Of a stretch of DNA of 64,000 bases, positions 1-8,262 are shown piece after piece. Below the pieces are notes generated by a model that saw nothing but the letters and a program-made list of their open reading frames with translations, was not told where the DNA came from and ran no database searches. The DNA lies in the NCBI GenBank assembly GCA_045648885.1, contig JAZROV010000003.1:3179-67178 (forward strand). Direction: 5' to 3'. Made by a program: the position numbers and the translations under genes. The DNA comes from Candidatus Enterousia sp. (GTDB lineage: Bacteria > Pseudomonadota > Alphaproteobacteria > Rs-D84). Each line of letters opens with the position of its first letter. The first letter of the stretch is position 1.

Positions 1-2476
1 ATGCACTGTATCCCGGGGCCCAATCTATTTTATCTATTTGTTTTTGAATTTCATTTTGAACTGGGCCAACCGTAGATTTACCAATATTGATGTCTATTTC
101 TGTCACGCGGTTTTTATTCAGACGATATATGTTCGATGTCGCAGGCGCACTTTCCAATATTCCCAATTGCGACAACGCAACCATACCTTTTTGAGAATTT
201 ACATAAACGCTGTCAAACATAGACTGGTTTTTGAATTGTTTTTCAAATTCCAAAATCATCGGATATTCGTCGCCGTTTTCTTTGTATTTATATGTGTCAT
301 TACCAAACAATGCTGTCCGCAAAGTCGATCCTGCAGACGCATTTTTCACACCCCAAAAATTCATTTTTTCTGTATCGGGGATAAAACGAATTTCATTCGC
401 AGGCGTCTGTTGCGCCAAAACCGCGCTTTGCACCGCGTCTATTTGATTAACGATATCTAAAATTTGATTCGCGTATGCATTGCGTTTTGCATCATCTTCA
501 CCAAAAACATTCAATACCATATCTGAATTAAATCCAGAACCACTGATGTTTTCACCAGCGCGAATTTGAATTTCAGCATCCGTTATATCAGCCAAAGTCG
601 GCAGCATTTTTTGCGCTAATTTTTTATCTGAAATTTTACGCTTTGAAACATCAACCAAAGATACTTTCACACTGATATTTTGCAGGCCTTTGTCACCAAT
701 TTTAATTGTGGTCGACGCAACCTCTGGGAATTGTGAAATACGTTGTTCGATTTGTTTTGCGATTGATTCTGATTTTGCGTAAACACTGCCCATCGGCGCA
801 CGCGCAGTTATCGTGATTTCATTTGCGTCTGTGGATGGCGAAAATTCGTTGCCGACGAATTTCATCAATTGCGCAGACAAAATCAATATCAATACTGCAC
901 CAAAAATTACTGTCCACGGATGACGCGATTGATATTCATACCAAATACGCAGACGCGATGAATTATCGTGCTTTTTGATTTCTTGTTTGTTCAACTGATT
1001 TTTTGGCAGCCGCAATAAATGCGCAATCATCATCGGCGTCAATGTGAATGAAAACAATAATGACAAAAGCGTTAAATAAACGACCGTCATACCGAATTGC
1101 AACATAAATTGACCGACTATGCCACCCATAAACGCCAACGGTAAAAACACTACTATATTCGTTCCGACACCCGCCAACACAGGAACTGCGACTTTGCGAG
1201 TACCTTCTTCTGCTGCGATTTCTGGTGTTTTACCTGCACGCAATTCATTTAATGCAGATTCAATCAAAATAATAGCATTCGACACCAATGTCCCCAATGC
1301 CGTCGCGTACGCTAACAAAGTCATCGTGTTGATTGTAAAACCAGAACCATTCATCAAAAAGAAACCTGATAATAACGATGCAGGAATCACGACGCCTGCG
1401 ATAATGGTCGAACGCCAATTACGCGTGAATGCCAACAAAACAAGAATCGTAAATATAACACCCAAAATAATACCGTTTATAGTATTCGCAGTATCTTCTG
1501 AAATGTGCGTCGAAGAATCAGACACTATCTGCATCGTTGCATTTGGAAAATGATTTTGTAAATCTGATTCTAATTCTGGCAATTTTTTACGCAAAGCATT
1601 TGAAATTTTTATCGCGTTACCGTCAGACGCTTTGACCACAGAAATTATGACTGCATCTGAACCGTTATAACGCGCACCTTTCTCAATATCTCGCGCAGCG
1701 TCCGTCACATTGGCGACATCTGATAATTTAAACGTATCACCTTCGACCGTAGTAATTTCCAGATTTGCAATATCTTCTACATTTTTAAATTCGCCAATAA
1801 ATCTGACATTTTCAGAATTTATATCTGTTTCGATTTTTCCACCTGGCACATTTAAATTATGCATCGCAATTGCAGAAACTATATCATTCACCGTAACGCC
1901 ATGCGCCGCCATTAAATCAGGATCCATTGCAATACGAACCGCCCTTTGCCGTCCACCAAACGTATTCACAGACGCAACACCACGTACCGCCGTTATTTTA
2001 TTAGACAATGTATCAGAAACATATTTTTCAACGTCCCTGGCATCTGCATCTTGGATAACAATATCCAACACTGGTGTTTGCAGCGGATTTAATTTTGCAA
2101 TCACAGGTTGTTTCAAATCTGTTGGGAATTCATTTGCCAGACCATCAATTTTCGCTTTCACATCGTTTGCTTTGTCATCAACATTTACACCTAAATTGAA
2201 CTCAGAAATTAAATAAGCCGAATTTTCATAAACCTGGGATGTAATTTTTTTAACGCCTGCAACTTCGGACACTGCGTTTTCAGCCTTTTTCACAACTTGA
2301 GTTTCTATTTCTGCACTGGATGCACCTGGATAAACAAAAGTCACTGTCACATACGGAAAATCAACAGACGGGGTCCGTTCTATATTCATTTTTGGGAAAG
2401 CCACAATACCCAATATAACGAAAAACAAAACAAAAGTTATTGTCGTAACCGGTCTTTTGATAAAGAATTTTAACAT
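1..2476 (-). CDS. RND (AcrB/HAE1-type) inner-membrane efflux permease, N-terminal ~825 aa; 3-prime end lies beyond the window start
   Basis: Manual reverse-strand translation from ATG 2476..2474 (RBS AAGGGA upstream) gives MLKFFIKRPVTTITFVLFFVILGIVAFPKMNIERTPSVDFPYVTVTFVYPGASSAEIE..., a canonical RND N-terminus. The frame appears open to position 1. The + strand ORFs listed here are short antisense fragments. Confidence 0.85.
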   Translation of the reverse strand, partial: MLKFFIKRPVTTITFVLFFVILGIVAFPKMNIERTPSVDFPYVTVTFVYPGASSAEIETQVVKKAENAVSEVAGVKKITSQVYENSAYLISEFNLGVNVDDKANDVKAKIDGLANEFPTDLKQPVIAKLNPLQTPVLDIVIQDADARDVEKYVSDTLSNKITAVRGVASVNTFGGRQRAVRIAMDPDLMAAHGVTVNDIVSAIAMHNLNVPGGKIETDINSENVRFIGEFKNVEDIANLEITTVEGDTFKLSDVANVTDAARDIEKGARYNGSDAVIISVVKASDGNAIKISNALRKKLPELESDLQNHFPNATMQIVSDSSTHISEDTANTINGIILGVIFTILVLLAFTRNWRSTIIAGVVIPASLLSGFFLMNGSGFTINTMTLLAYATALGTLVSNAIILIESALNELRAGKTPEIAAEEGTRKVAVPVLAGVGTNIVVFLPLAFMGGIVGQFMLQFGMTVVYLTLLSLLFSFTLTPMMIAHLLRLPKNQLNKQEIKKHDNSSRLRIWYEYQSRHPWTVIFGAVLILILSAQLMKFVGNEFSPSTDANEITITARAPMGSVYAKSESIAKQIEQRISQFPEVASTTIKIGDKGLQNISVKVSLVDVSKRKISDKKLAQKMLPTLADITDAEIQIRAGENISGSGFNSDMVLNVFGEDDAKRNAYANQILDIVNQIDAVQSAVLAQQTPANEIRFIPDTEKMNFWGVKNASAGSTLRTALFGNDTYKYKENGDEYPMILEFEKQFKNQSMFDSVYVNSQKGMVALSQLGILESAPATSNIYRLNKNRVTEIDINIGKSTVGPVQNEIQKQIDKIDWAPGYSA

Positions 2477-2499
2477 TTGATTTTCCCTTAGCTGTTTTT

Positions 2500-3126
2500 T
2501 TATTTGATTATTTTTATTTTCTGGTTGTCTTTGACATTTGATAAAACAACAATGTCGTTTTCGTCCAGGCCTGATTTAACCAATACATTTTGATAATCAC
2601 GGTCTGAAATTTCTATATTACGTGCACGCGCAACATCATTTTCAACAACATAAACTATATTGCCATGAACCGCAGATGTCGGAACGTAAAACCCGTTTTT
2701 TCTGTTTTTCGCATATTTCAAACCATCTGTACATGATGAAGTTTTAATGACATGCATACCGGTATCTAAATCTATGCTATTTGATACAGAAACAATTTTG
2801 CAATCGCCCAGATCTTGGCCAGATTTGAAAGTATTTACACGCGCCCCAGTCACATATCCACGATTATTTTTTATTGTGATTGGTTCATATAAAATTCCGT
2901 CTGTTTTTGTCATAATTAAAACATCAACAGGTGTCCCATTTTTCAAATCATTACGAACGATATTGAACACATCAAAATTGTTTTCATTTGCGACACAATA
3001 AAAACGATACGCAAAACAGCCAAACACAGCAATCAACACGGACAAATAAATAATATTCTTTGATTTGCGTGTTTTTAATTTTTTAACAATCAATTCTATT
3101 TTTTCAGACGATATCATTTTATTCAC
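2500..3126 (-). CDS. Short (208 aa) membrane-anchored periplasmic adaptor (MFP/HlyD-like), apparently lacking the alpha-hairpin
   Basis: N-terminal TM helix. The C-terminal part resembles the MFP beta-barrel/membrane-proximal region (FYVPTSAVHGNIVYVVENDVARARNIEISDRDYQNVLVKSGLDENDIVV). It sits between the tolC-like and RND genes, and its start overlaps the tolC stop by 8 nt. Confidence 0.55.
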   Translation of the reverse strand: MNKMISSEKIELIVKKLKTRKSKNIIYLSVLIAVFGCFAYRFYCVANENNFDVFNIVRNDLKNGTPVDVLIMTKTDGILYEPITIKNNRGYVTGARVNTFKSGQDLGDCKIVSVSNSIDLDTGMHVIKTSSCTDGLKYAKNRKNGFYVPTSAVHGNIVYVVENDVARARNIEISDRDYQNVLVKSGLDENDIVVLSNVKDNQKIKIIK

Positions 3127-4426
3127 CTAATTTTTTTATTGATTCAGCCGACATTAAAATATTGTATTTTGCATTTAATACTGCAATATCCATTTGATAC
3201 AACGCCCCAGATACATCGGACAATTCAATCGCAGATGTTTGACCTGACGCAAAACGCGATGCAGATACATCATATGCTTTCTGGGCCAAATCATGCGCGT
3301 TATTTAATTTGCCTAAATCATCACAAAGATGTTTATATTTATTCACCGCAGTATTATATTCTTGGGTTTTTAATTTTTTCGATTTATCCAAATCTTGACG
3401 TGCAATCTCTGCATTCATCGCTTCAATAGTCGCATTTGCAGAATGCAAACCACCACTGAACAAAGGCATCTGTAATGCCAGCCCCCAATATGCAGACTGG
3501 TCGCCTGATTTTTCAAATAAATGTCCGGCGTCTTTACCCATAGAATAATAAGAATACGACCCAACCGCCGCCAAAGTTGGATATGCCCCAGCGCGTTTAG
3601 ATTTCGCATTTGATTCATACATTTTAATTTGTTTTTGATAAATATCCCATTCAGGATTTGTTTTTAACTCTGTATTTTCCAGCGGTTCAAATTTATTTGG
3701 AAAATTGTCTGTTAAAACTATCTCTTCATTTTCATCAATGCCCGCCATAATTTTCAACATATTATATGCAGTATCACGATTAAATTGCGCATCTGATAAA
3801 TTGACTTCTTTGGTAGCTATATCAGATTCTATTTTAATCAAATTGCTGCGATTAGCGCGTCCCGCCGCCGTCAATTTCTTTTTGGCAGCACGCGCGTTAT
3901 CCAAATTTTTCTGGCTGGCATTCACGATTTCATCTGTCATTTTCGCAGTCCAATAAAGATTCGCAGCTGCATATCTGACTTCGCGATTTGTCAAATCTTT
4001 GGCAGACATCGACATATCAATCGCATCATGAACTGCATCAACCGCATGCCCTATTTTTCCGAATGTATAAATGGGCTGCGTGATTTTTATACCCGCTGAA
4101 AAGATATTATCAGGTATCGCATCAATTGGTAAAACACTGCCCAACATCGCACCTATTTCTGACGGAATTTTTATACCATCTGAATCTGTCGGTTTAACAG
4201 GATTTACTAAATTCATATAAGACACCGTCCCGTCAATTGACATCCACCGATTTGCATTCACTGCGCTTAATTGCGCTTTTGCTTTTTTAACATTTGCATC
4301 TGCAGTTTTTAAATCATTTGATGTCGCAACAATTTTTTCAACCGCAGAATTAAACGATAAATCCAGTGCATGCGCACCCGGCATCAATACAACCAAAGAT
4401 AACACTGACAATAAAATTTTACGCAT
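3119..4426 (-). CDS. TolC-family outer-membrane efflux protein
   Basis: Signal peptide MRKILLSVLSLVVLMPGAHA. Two-repeat OEP-like architecture with PLFSGG and a C-terminal Y..G..S..EL motif pattern. Overlaps the marR stop and the adaptor start. Confidence 0.8.
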   Translation of the reverse strand: MRKILLSVLSLVVLMPGAHALDLSFNSAVEKIVATSNDLKTADANVKKAKAQLSAVNANRWMSIDGTVSYMNLVNPVKPTDSDGIKIPSEIGAMLGSVLPIDAIPDNIFSAGIKITQPIYTFGKIGHAVDAVHDAIDMSMSAKDLTNREVRYAAANLYWTAKMTDEIVNASQKNLDNARAAKKKLTAAGRANRSNLIKIESDIATKEVNLSDAQFNRDTAYNMLKIMAGIDENEEIVLTDNFPNKFEPLENTELKTNPEWDIYQKQIKMYESNAKSKRAGAYPTLAAVGSYSYYSMGKDAGHLFEKSGDQSAYWGLALQMPLFSGGLHSANATIEAMNAEIARQDLDKSKKLKTQEYNTAVNKYKHLCDDLGKLNNAHDLAQKAYDVSASRFASGQTSAIELSDVSGALYQMDIAVLNAKYNILMSAESIKKLGE

Positions 4427-4868
4427 TTAATAACTCCATCTTTTTTAAAATTCTGTTGGTTTCACGAACCGTCTCCGCCAACGCATCTTCGTCTTCGGAC
4501 GGCAAAACTTTGCACAATCCCTCCAAAGCAGTCATAAATTTATCAATCAATTTTTCTGCCAGATTTTTCCCACTGCGTGTCACTTCGTACCATGTATCAC
4601 GATGATCATTTGGATCAATTGAACGAATGACCAATTTATCTTGCTCTAATTTTTTAAACACACTGCACAAATTAGCCGTCGATATAACCTCGCGATTGGC
4701 AAAATCTTTCAATTTTATTTTTCCTGCCAAATAAAGCCGAACCAGCACAGACATCTGTTGGCGTGAATTTTTCGAAAATTCTTCAAACGTCGGGTTTAAA
4801 CGACTGGACAAACGGCCAATAATACGCATATTTTCAGCCATCAAACGTGTCACCTCTGCATGAGTCAT
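4419..4868 (-). CDS. MarR-family transcriptional regulator
   Basis: Winged-helix MarR-like sequence (SVLVRLYLAGKIKLKDFANREVISTANLCSVFKKLEQDKLVIRSIDPNDHRDTWYEVT). Preferred start is ATG 4868 with RBS AAGGGGG. The tracked ORF extends to 4904. Confidence 0.75.
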   Translation of the reverse strand: MTHAEVTRLMAENMRIIGRLSSRLNPTFEEFSKNSRQQMSVLVRLYLAGKIKLKDFANREVISTANLCSVFKKLEQDKLVIRSIDPNDHRDTWYEVTRSGKNLAEKLIDKFMTALEGLCKVLPSEDEDALAETVRETNRILKKMELLNA

Positions 4869-5018
4869 AAGCACCCCCTTTTGATTATTTAAAAAATAAA
4901 TCATTAAATTTTTTAACGATTATAGTTACAAATAAAATAAAAATCAAGTGTGAAAAACAAAAAAATATTGCAGCAAAAAATATTTTTGATTACTATTAAA
5001 CCATCCAAAGGTGAATAA

Positions 5019-5477
5019 ATGCCAAAAGAAATCAGATTCTGTCAACCCGTTGGCCAATGGTGGTTTTTATCGCCGCTGGCTAAATTCCCAATACAAATGT
5101 CCATAGATGGAACAAACTACACATTTCCTTCGGTTGAACACTATTACCAAGCAATGAAATTTTATACATCTGACCCGCGTTTTAATACGATTTTAAAAAT
5201 GGAAGACGCGGATGCTGCACGTTTGATCACCAAAACCCCAGAATACAAAACAAACCGTCGGCCTGATTTTGATAAAAACAAATTTGATATTATGGAACGT
5301 GGTCTGCGTGCGAAATTCGCACAAAACCCTGTGGCAGCTGAAATGTTAAAGAATACGGGCGATGCGATATTGGTAAAATCTTGTCCTGTGTGTTATAAAT
5401 GCGGTTTTGGCGAAGGCAGCGGCACAAATCGTATTGGTAAAATATTAATGGAAATCAGGAAAGAATTACAAAAATAG
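5019..5477 (+). CDS. NADAR (YbiA/DUF1768) family protein
   Basis: The motif FPSVEHYYQAMKF and the size (152 aa) are typical of the NADAR domain. Confidence 0.7.
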   Translation: MPKEIRFCQPVGQWWFLSPLAKFPIQMSIDGTNYTFPSVEHYYQAMKFYTSDPRFNTILKMEDADAARLITKTPEYKTNRRPDFDKNKFDIMERGLRAKFAQNPVAAEMLKNTGDAILVKSCPVCYKCGFGEGSGTNRIGKILMEIRKELQK

Positions 5478-5535
5478 CACATCACTATTTTTTTATTGCA
5501 AAATCAAAGAATGTATATATAATGTTCTCAGTCAT

Positions 5536-5609
5536 TGGAGCGTCGTCTAATGGTAGGACAAGAGATTTTGGTTCTCTTTATCATGGTTCGAATCCGTGCG
5601 CTCCAACCA
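5536..5609 (+). tRNA. tRNA-Gln (anticodon UUG), CCA encoded
   Basis: Hand-folded cloverleaf. Acceptor TGGAGCG/CGCTCCA, anticodon stem AGAGA/TCTCT with loop TTTTGGT, T-arm CATGG-TTCGAAT-CCGTG, discriminator A then CCA. Promoter TTGCAA-N16-TATAAT lies upstream. Confidence 0.9.
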
Positions 5610-5618
5610 GAATAAACA

Positions 5619-5648
5619 AAAACACCCTTTTGGGTGTTTTTATTTATT
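5619..5648 (+). terminator. Intrinsic terminator after tRNA-Gln
   Basis: AACACCC-TTTT-GGGTGTT followed by a T-rich run. Confidence 0.7.
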
Positions 5649-5770
5649 CCTGGGCGCACGGATACGCCAGAGCGAAGCGCATGGCGAATACGCAGATGAA
5701 CAATTAGCAACCGCGCAAAAACGGATATTTTTAATAGAGTTTTTGCCCAGCGGTTGGTTATTGTTTATCA

Positions 5771-5842
5771 AGGTCTCGTGCGCATTCCAGAGAGCAAAAA
5801 TATAAGACTTTGGCTAGTTCGAAAGTTTGGATTTGAATTTTT
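5771..5842 (+). repeat. ~72 bp intergenic repeat, copy 1 (CATTCCAGAGAGCAAAAA...AGTTCGAAAGTTT...ATTTGAATTTTT)
   Basis: Co-linear with 10039..10110 by eye. Confidence 0.6.
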
Positions 5843-5869
5843 ATGTCGTTATTAACACTTTCGAACTAG
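5814..5869. repeat. Perfect 13 bp inverted repeat CTAGTTCGAAAGT / ACTTTCGAACTAG with a 30 bp spacer
   Basis: 5814..5826 is the reverse complement of 5857..5869. A third TTCGAACT box lies at 5889..5896. Confidence 0.85.
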
Positions 5870-5991
5870 ATACATTAGCAATTTTACATTCGAACTGGTA
5901 AAAAGGTTAAATTTATAATAATAAACCACCCCGTTTGACATTATAGTTCAATGTAGTTGTGGTGTGTGGGCAAAACAGAAATACGATTTCA

Positions 5992-6426
5992 TCACCTTCC
6001 CGAATTTAATTCTTTTTCCATTACGCGCGAACCGAGCGTTTGAGATACCGTTCTTTCAATCTCAATTATTCGCTGTTTGGCTGCATCAACGTGAAGAGCA
6101 TTCAATGGTGCTGAATCTACTAAAAATTCTTGCTGGACCTGGGACAACTTACGCAAATCACCCCCCGAGATGTATAATACTTCTGTTTTTTTATCATCTA
6201 AAGAAACTGTTTTTTTCAAAAATATCCCATGTTTAGCATACACTTCCATGACAAAGTCAATATTTGATATTGCTATTTCATCGTTAAACATACCTGGTTT
6301 GGGGTAAATATACCTATCTGTGCCTGCACCTAGCTTGCAATCAACAATCAAATAATGCAATATTTCCTTATCTAGCCATAAGTGTTCCACTTTTTGTCGG
6401 CCTCTAACAAAATTAAAAATTCCCAT
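5992..6426 (-). CDS. Hypothetical protein (144 aa)
   Basis: Intact ORF. Upstream on the minus strand is TTGCAT-N17-TATAAT, with RBS AAGGAG before the ATG. Confidence 0.55.
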   Translation of the reverse strand: MGIFNFVRGRQKVEHLWLDKEILHYLIVDCKLGAGTDRYIYPKPGMFNDEIAISNIDFVMEVYAKHGIFLKKTVSLDDKKTEVLYISGGDLRKLSQVQQEFLVDSAPLNALHVDAAKQRIIEIERTVSQTLGSRVMEKELNSGR

Positions 6427-6497
6427 TTTGCGCTCCTTGTTTTTATTAATATGCTTGAATTATAACAAAAAAATGTCATTTATGCAACTCGCGTTTC

Positions 6498-6714
6498 GCC
6501 CGCACACCACAACCAATATTCAACCACCCCTTGTGGTGCGTTTTAATATTGGCTTTTGGAGCCACAGTTTGCAATCTGCAACGAAGTTGCCGGTTCGACT
6601 ATGAGTAAGCGAAAACAAGCCTTGCGCAGTTTGAGCGCTAACGAATGCGGCGCAGTGTCGGCATAGCCGACCAAGCCAATCCGTGCGCAGTTATTGTGGT
6701 TGTTGTGTGTGGGC
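6498..6714. repeat. MITE-like GC-rich element (~217 bp) with imperfect 18 bp terminal inverted repeats and internal tRNA-Gln-like fragments
   Basis: Left end GCCCGCACACCACAACCA (6498..6515). Right end TGGTTGTTGTGTGTGGGC (6697..6714), whose reverse complement GCCCACACACAACAACCA matches 16 of 18 positions. Internal TGGAGCC, GGTTCGAC and the 11-mer AATCCGTGCGC (6678..6688) are identical or similar to parts of tRNA-Gln. Confidence 0.5.
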
Positions 6715-6726
6715 GAAAAAACAAAC

Positions 6727-7290
6727 TTATAAACATTCCTGCATTGAATACGATTTACGGCCAACATAAATCTCATTTTTCTTGATTTGTAAATATATTG
6801 GCAAGTGCTCATATTCGCCGACATAATTAGAACTATTTGTATTTTCTGGTGTAAAAATTATGCTGCCACCACCCAGCAGTTGGATTTCTGCTATATCATC
6901 AAAAACCAATATAGATTTCGCAGTTATGAATTTATTATCAACTGTGCATCTAGCATTTAAGAGTTTATATTTTGATTTTTCACAGATATAAAAACCGTTG
7001 ATTTTATGAATCAAGCTTGAATGTTTTGATTGGCATGCTGCAGAACAGTCAGCCAAACAATCTTGGATATTTTTTTCTTTTGCCTCTTTTTCTTTTTGTT
7101 TCGCTAAATCTTTTTTATTTTCATATTTGGTTTCATCAAATTCATATTTTTTATATTCTTTAACGTTTTTCCATTCAGATGACACATGATAATTATCAAC
7201 CGATTCCACATTGCACCAACAATACGGACCAATATTGATATTCTTAAAATTCAAGATTTCTTCATCATCAATACAAATCGCCACACCCAT
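6727..7290 (-). CDS. Cys-rich hypothetical protein. No signal peptide of its own; possibly the downstream part of a frameshifted gene
   Basis: ORF 6727..7299 starts at a TTG; the first in-frame ATG is at 7290. This frame is open for about 20 more codons upstream and overlaps the 3-prime end of the preceding signal-peptide ORF. Confidence 0.45.
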   Translation of the reverse strand: MGVAICIDDEEILNFKNINIGPYCWCNVESVDNYHVSSEWKNVKEYKKYEFDETKYENKKDLAKQKEKEAKEKNIQDCLADCSAACQSKHSSLIHKINGFYICEKSKYKLLNARCTVDNKFITAKSILVFDDIAEIQLLGGGSIIFTPENTNSSNYVGEYEHLPIYLQIKKNEIYVGRKSYSMQECL

Positions 7291-7295
7291 AACAT

Positions 7296-7532
7296 TCAAG
7301 TTATTATCTTTTTCGTTTTGTAATGACCATCGCCCGCTAGTATATGCCCCATCGGCACTTTTATAATCCCTTTTTTCAATTTTATCAGCAGAGATTTTTT
7401 GTTATACATATTTGTACCGAGCTTATCAGATTCCACTTTTATAAGTTTTTCATCCATACCATCTTGACAATCAATTGCGAATCCAGATGAAACAAAAAAA
7501 GATAAAAATACAAACAATAGAAATTTTCTCAT
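7296..7532 (-). CDS. Small signal-peptide protein (78 aa), possibly the N-terminal part of a frameshifted gene
   Basis: Reads MRKFLLFVFLSFFVSSGFAIDCQDG... from ATG 7532. Its stop TGA (7298..7296) abuts the next ORF. Confidence 0.45.
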   Translation of the reverse strand: MRKFLLFVFLSFFVSSGFAIDCQDGMDEKLIKVESDKLGTNMYNKKSLLIKLKKGIIKVPMGHILAGDGHYKTKKIIT

Positions 7533-7623
7533 TACTCTCTCTATCCACAAAGGAATTATATCATAAAAACTTCTATTTATAAACCATTTATGGTATAATT
7601 AGTTCGTTAACCAGGAGAAAAAA

Positions 7624-8025
7624 ATGAAAAAATGGCAAGAAATTTTATTGTGGATTGTATGTTTTGCTTTTGTAGACATAACATTCGAATTCATAAAAAC
7701 ACTGATAGAAAATGGAACTTTGAACAAATGGATTTTCGCATTATTTGCACTGGCGATATTTGTTATTGGATGGACAATAGTATTTATAAGTGCCAAATCA
7801 TTAAAAAGCAAAAAAACAGCAAAAAAGAATAGTTGGGTTGTTGGTTTTATATATTTTGTCATCATCTGGTCCGTTTGCATGATTTTTGATTTAATGAAAT
7901 ATTCGCTAGAAAATAACATACTAAACATATACTATTTCTTTGGTATAGGTTTTGCATTAATGTTTACCGGTTGGGCGTGTGGACATTTGGAATACGTACT
8001 GTCAAAGAACAAAAAACTCAAATAA
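7624..8025 (+). CDS. Small integral membrane protein (133 aa, about 4 TM)
   Basis: RBS AGGAGA upstream; hydrophobic segments throughout. Confidence 0.55.
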   Translation: MKKWQEILLWIVCFAFVDITFEFIKTLIENGTLNKWIFALFALAIFVIGWTIVFISAKSLKSKKTAKKNSWVVGFIYFVIIWSVCMIFDLMKYSLENNILNIYYFFGIGFALMFTGWACGHLEYVLSKNKKLK

Positions 8026-8042
8026 AGAAAATATTTTACTTT

Positions 8043-8262
8043 AACTCGCGTTTTGCCAGCACCCCACAACCACACTTCGCGTCTGCGACGCTTCGTGTGG
8101 CGGGCCACACGGACGGAGCAGTTATCGCAAAGTAGTGCCGCGCCGTAGCCGACGCGTTTATCGGACAATATTAAAAATTCCTGATACTTTATTTTCGAAA
8201 TTAAGCACTTGCGAAGGCGGGCCAGTTCTGCCACACAAGCCAATCTGGGCGATGTAATCAGT
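8043..8262. repeat. GC-rich intergenic repeat fragment related to 6486..6714
   Basis: Shares AACTCGCGTTT(C/T)GCC.GCAC.CCACAACCA at its start, then a hairpin (CCACAC...GTGTGG), then GCCGTAGCCGAC and CAAGCCAATC.G.GCG blocks. Confidence 0.5.

Noticed and set aside
38-2216. Plus-strand ORFs 38..460, 231..446, 1119..1553 and 1710..2216
   Set aside because: They lie antisense to a continuous minus-strand reading frame with an unmistakable RND-transporter N-terminus. Their translations are low-complexity and have no recognisable features.
5654-5663. GCGCACGGAT, an inverted copy of tRNA-Gln positions 5592..5601, about 50 nt downstream of the tRNA
   Set aside because: A 10-mer match could be chance. 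I kept only the direct 11-mer at 6678..6688, which sits in a broader tRNA-like context, as supporting evidence.
6543-6824. 93-aa minus-strand ORF, and similarly 7932..8306 (124 aa)
   Set aside because: Both lie almost entirely within the GC-rich intergenic repeat elements. They have no RBS, and their odd Arg/Cys-rich composition is typical of translated non-coding GC-rich DNA.
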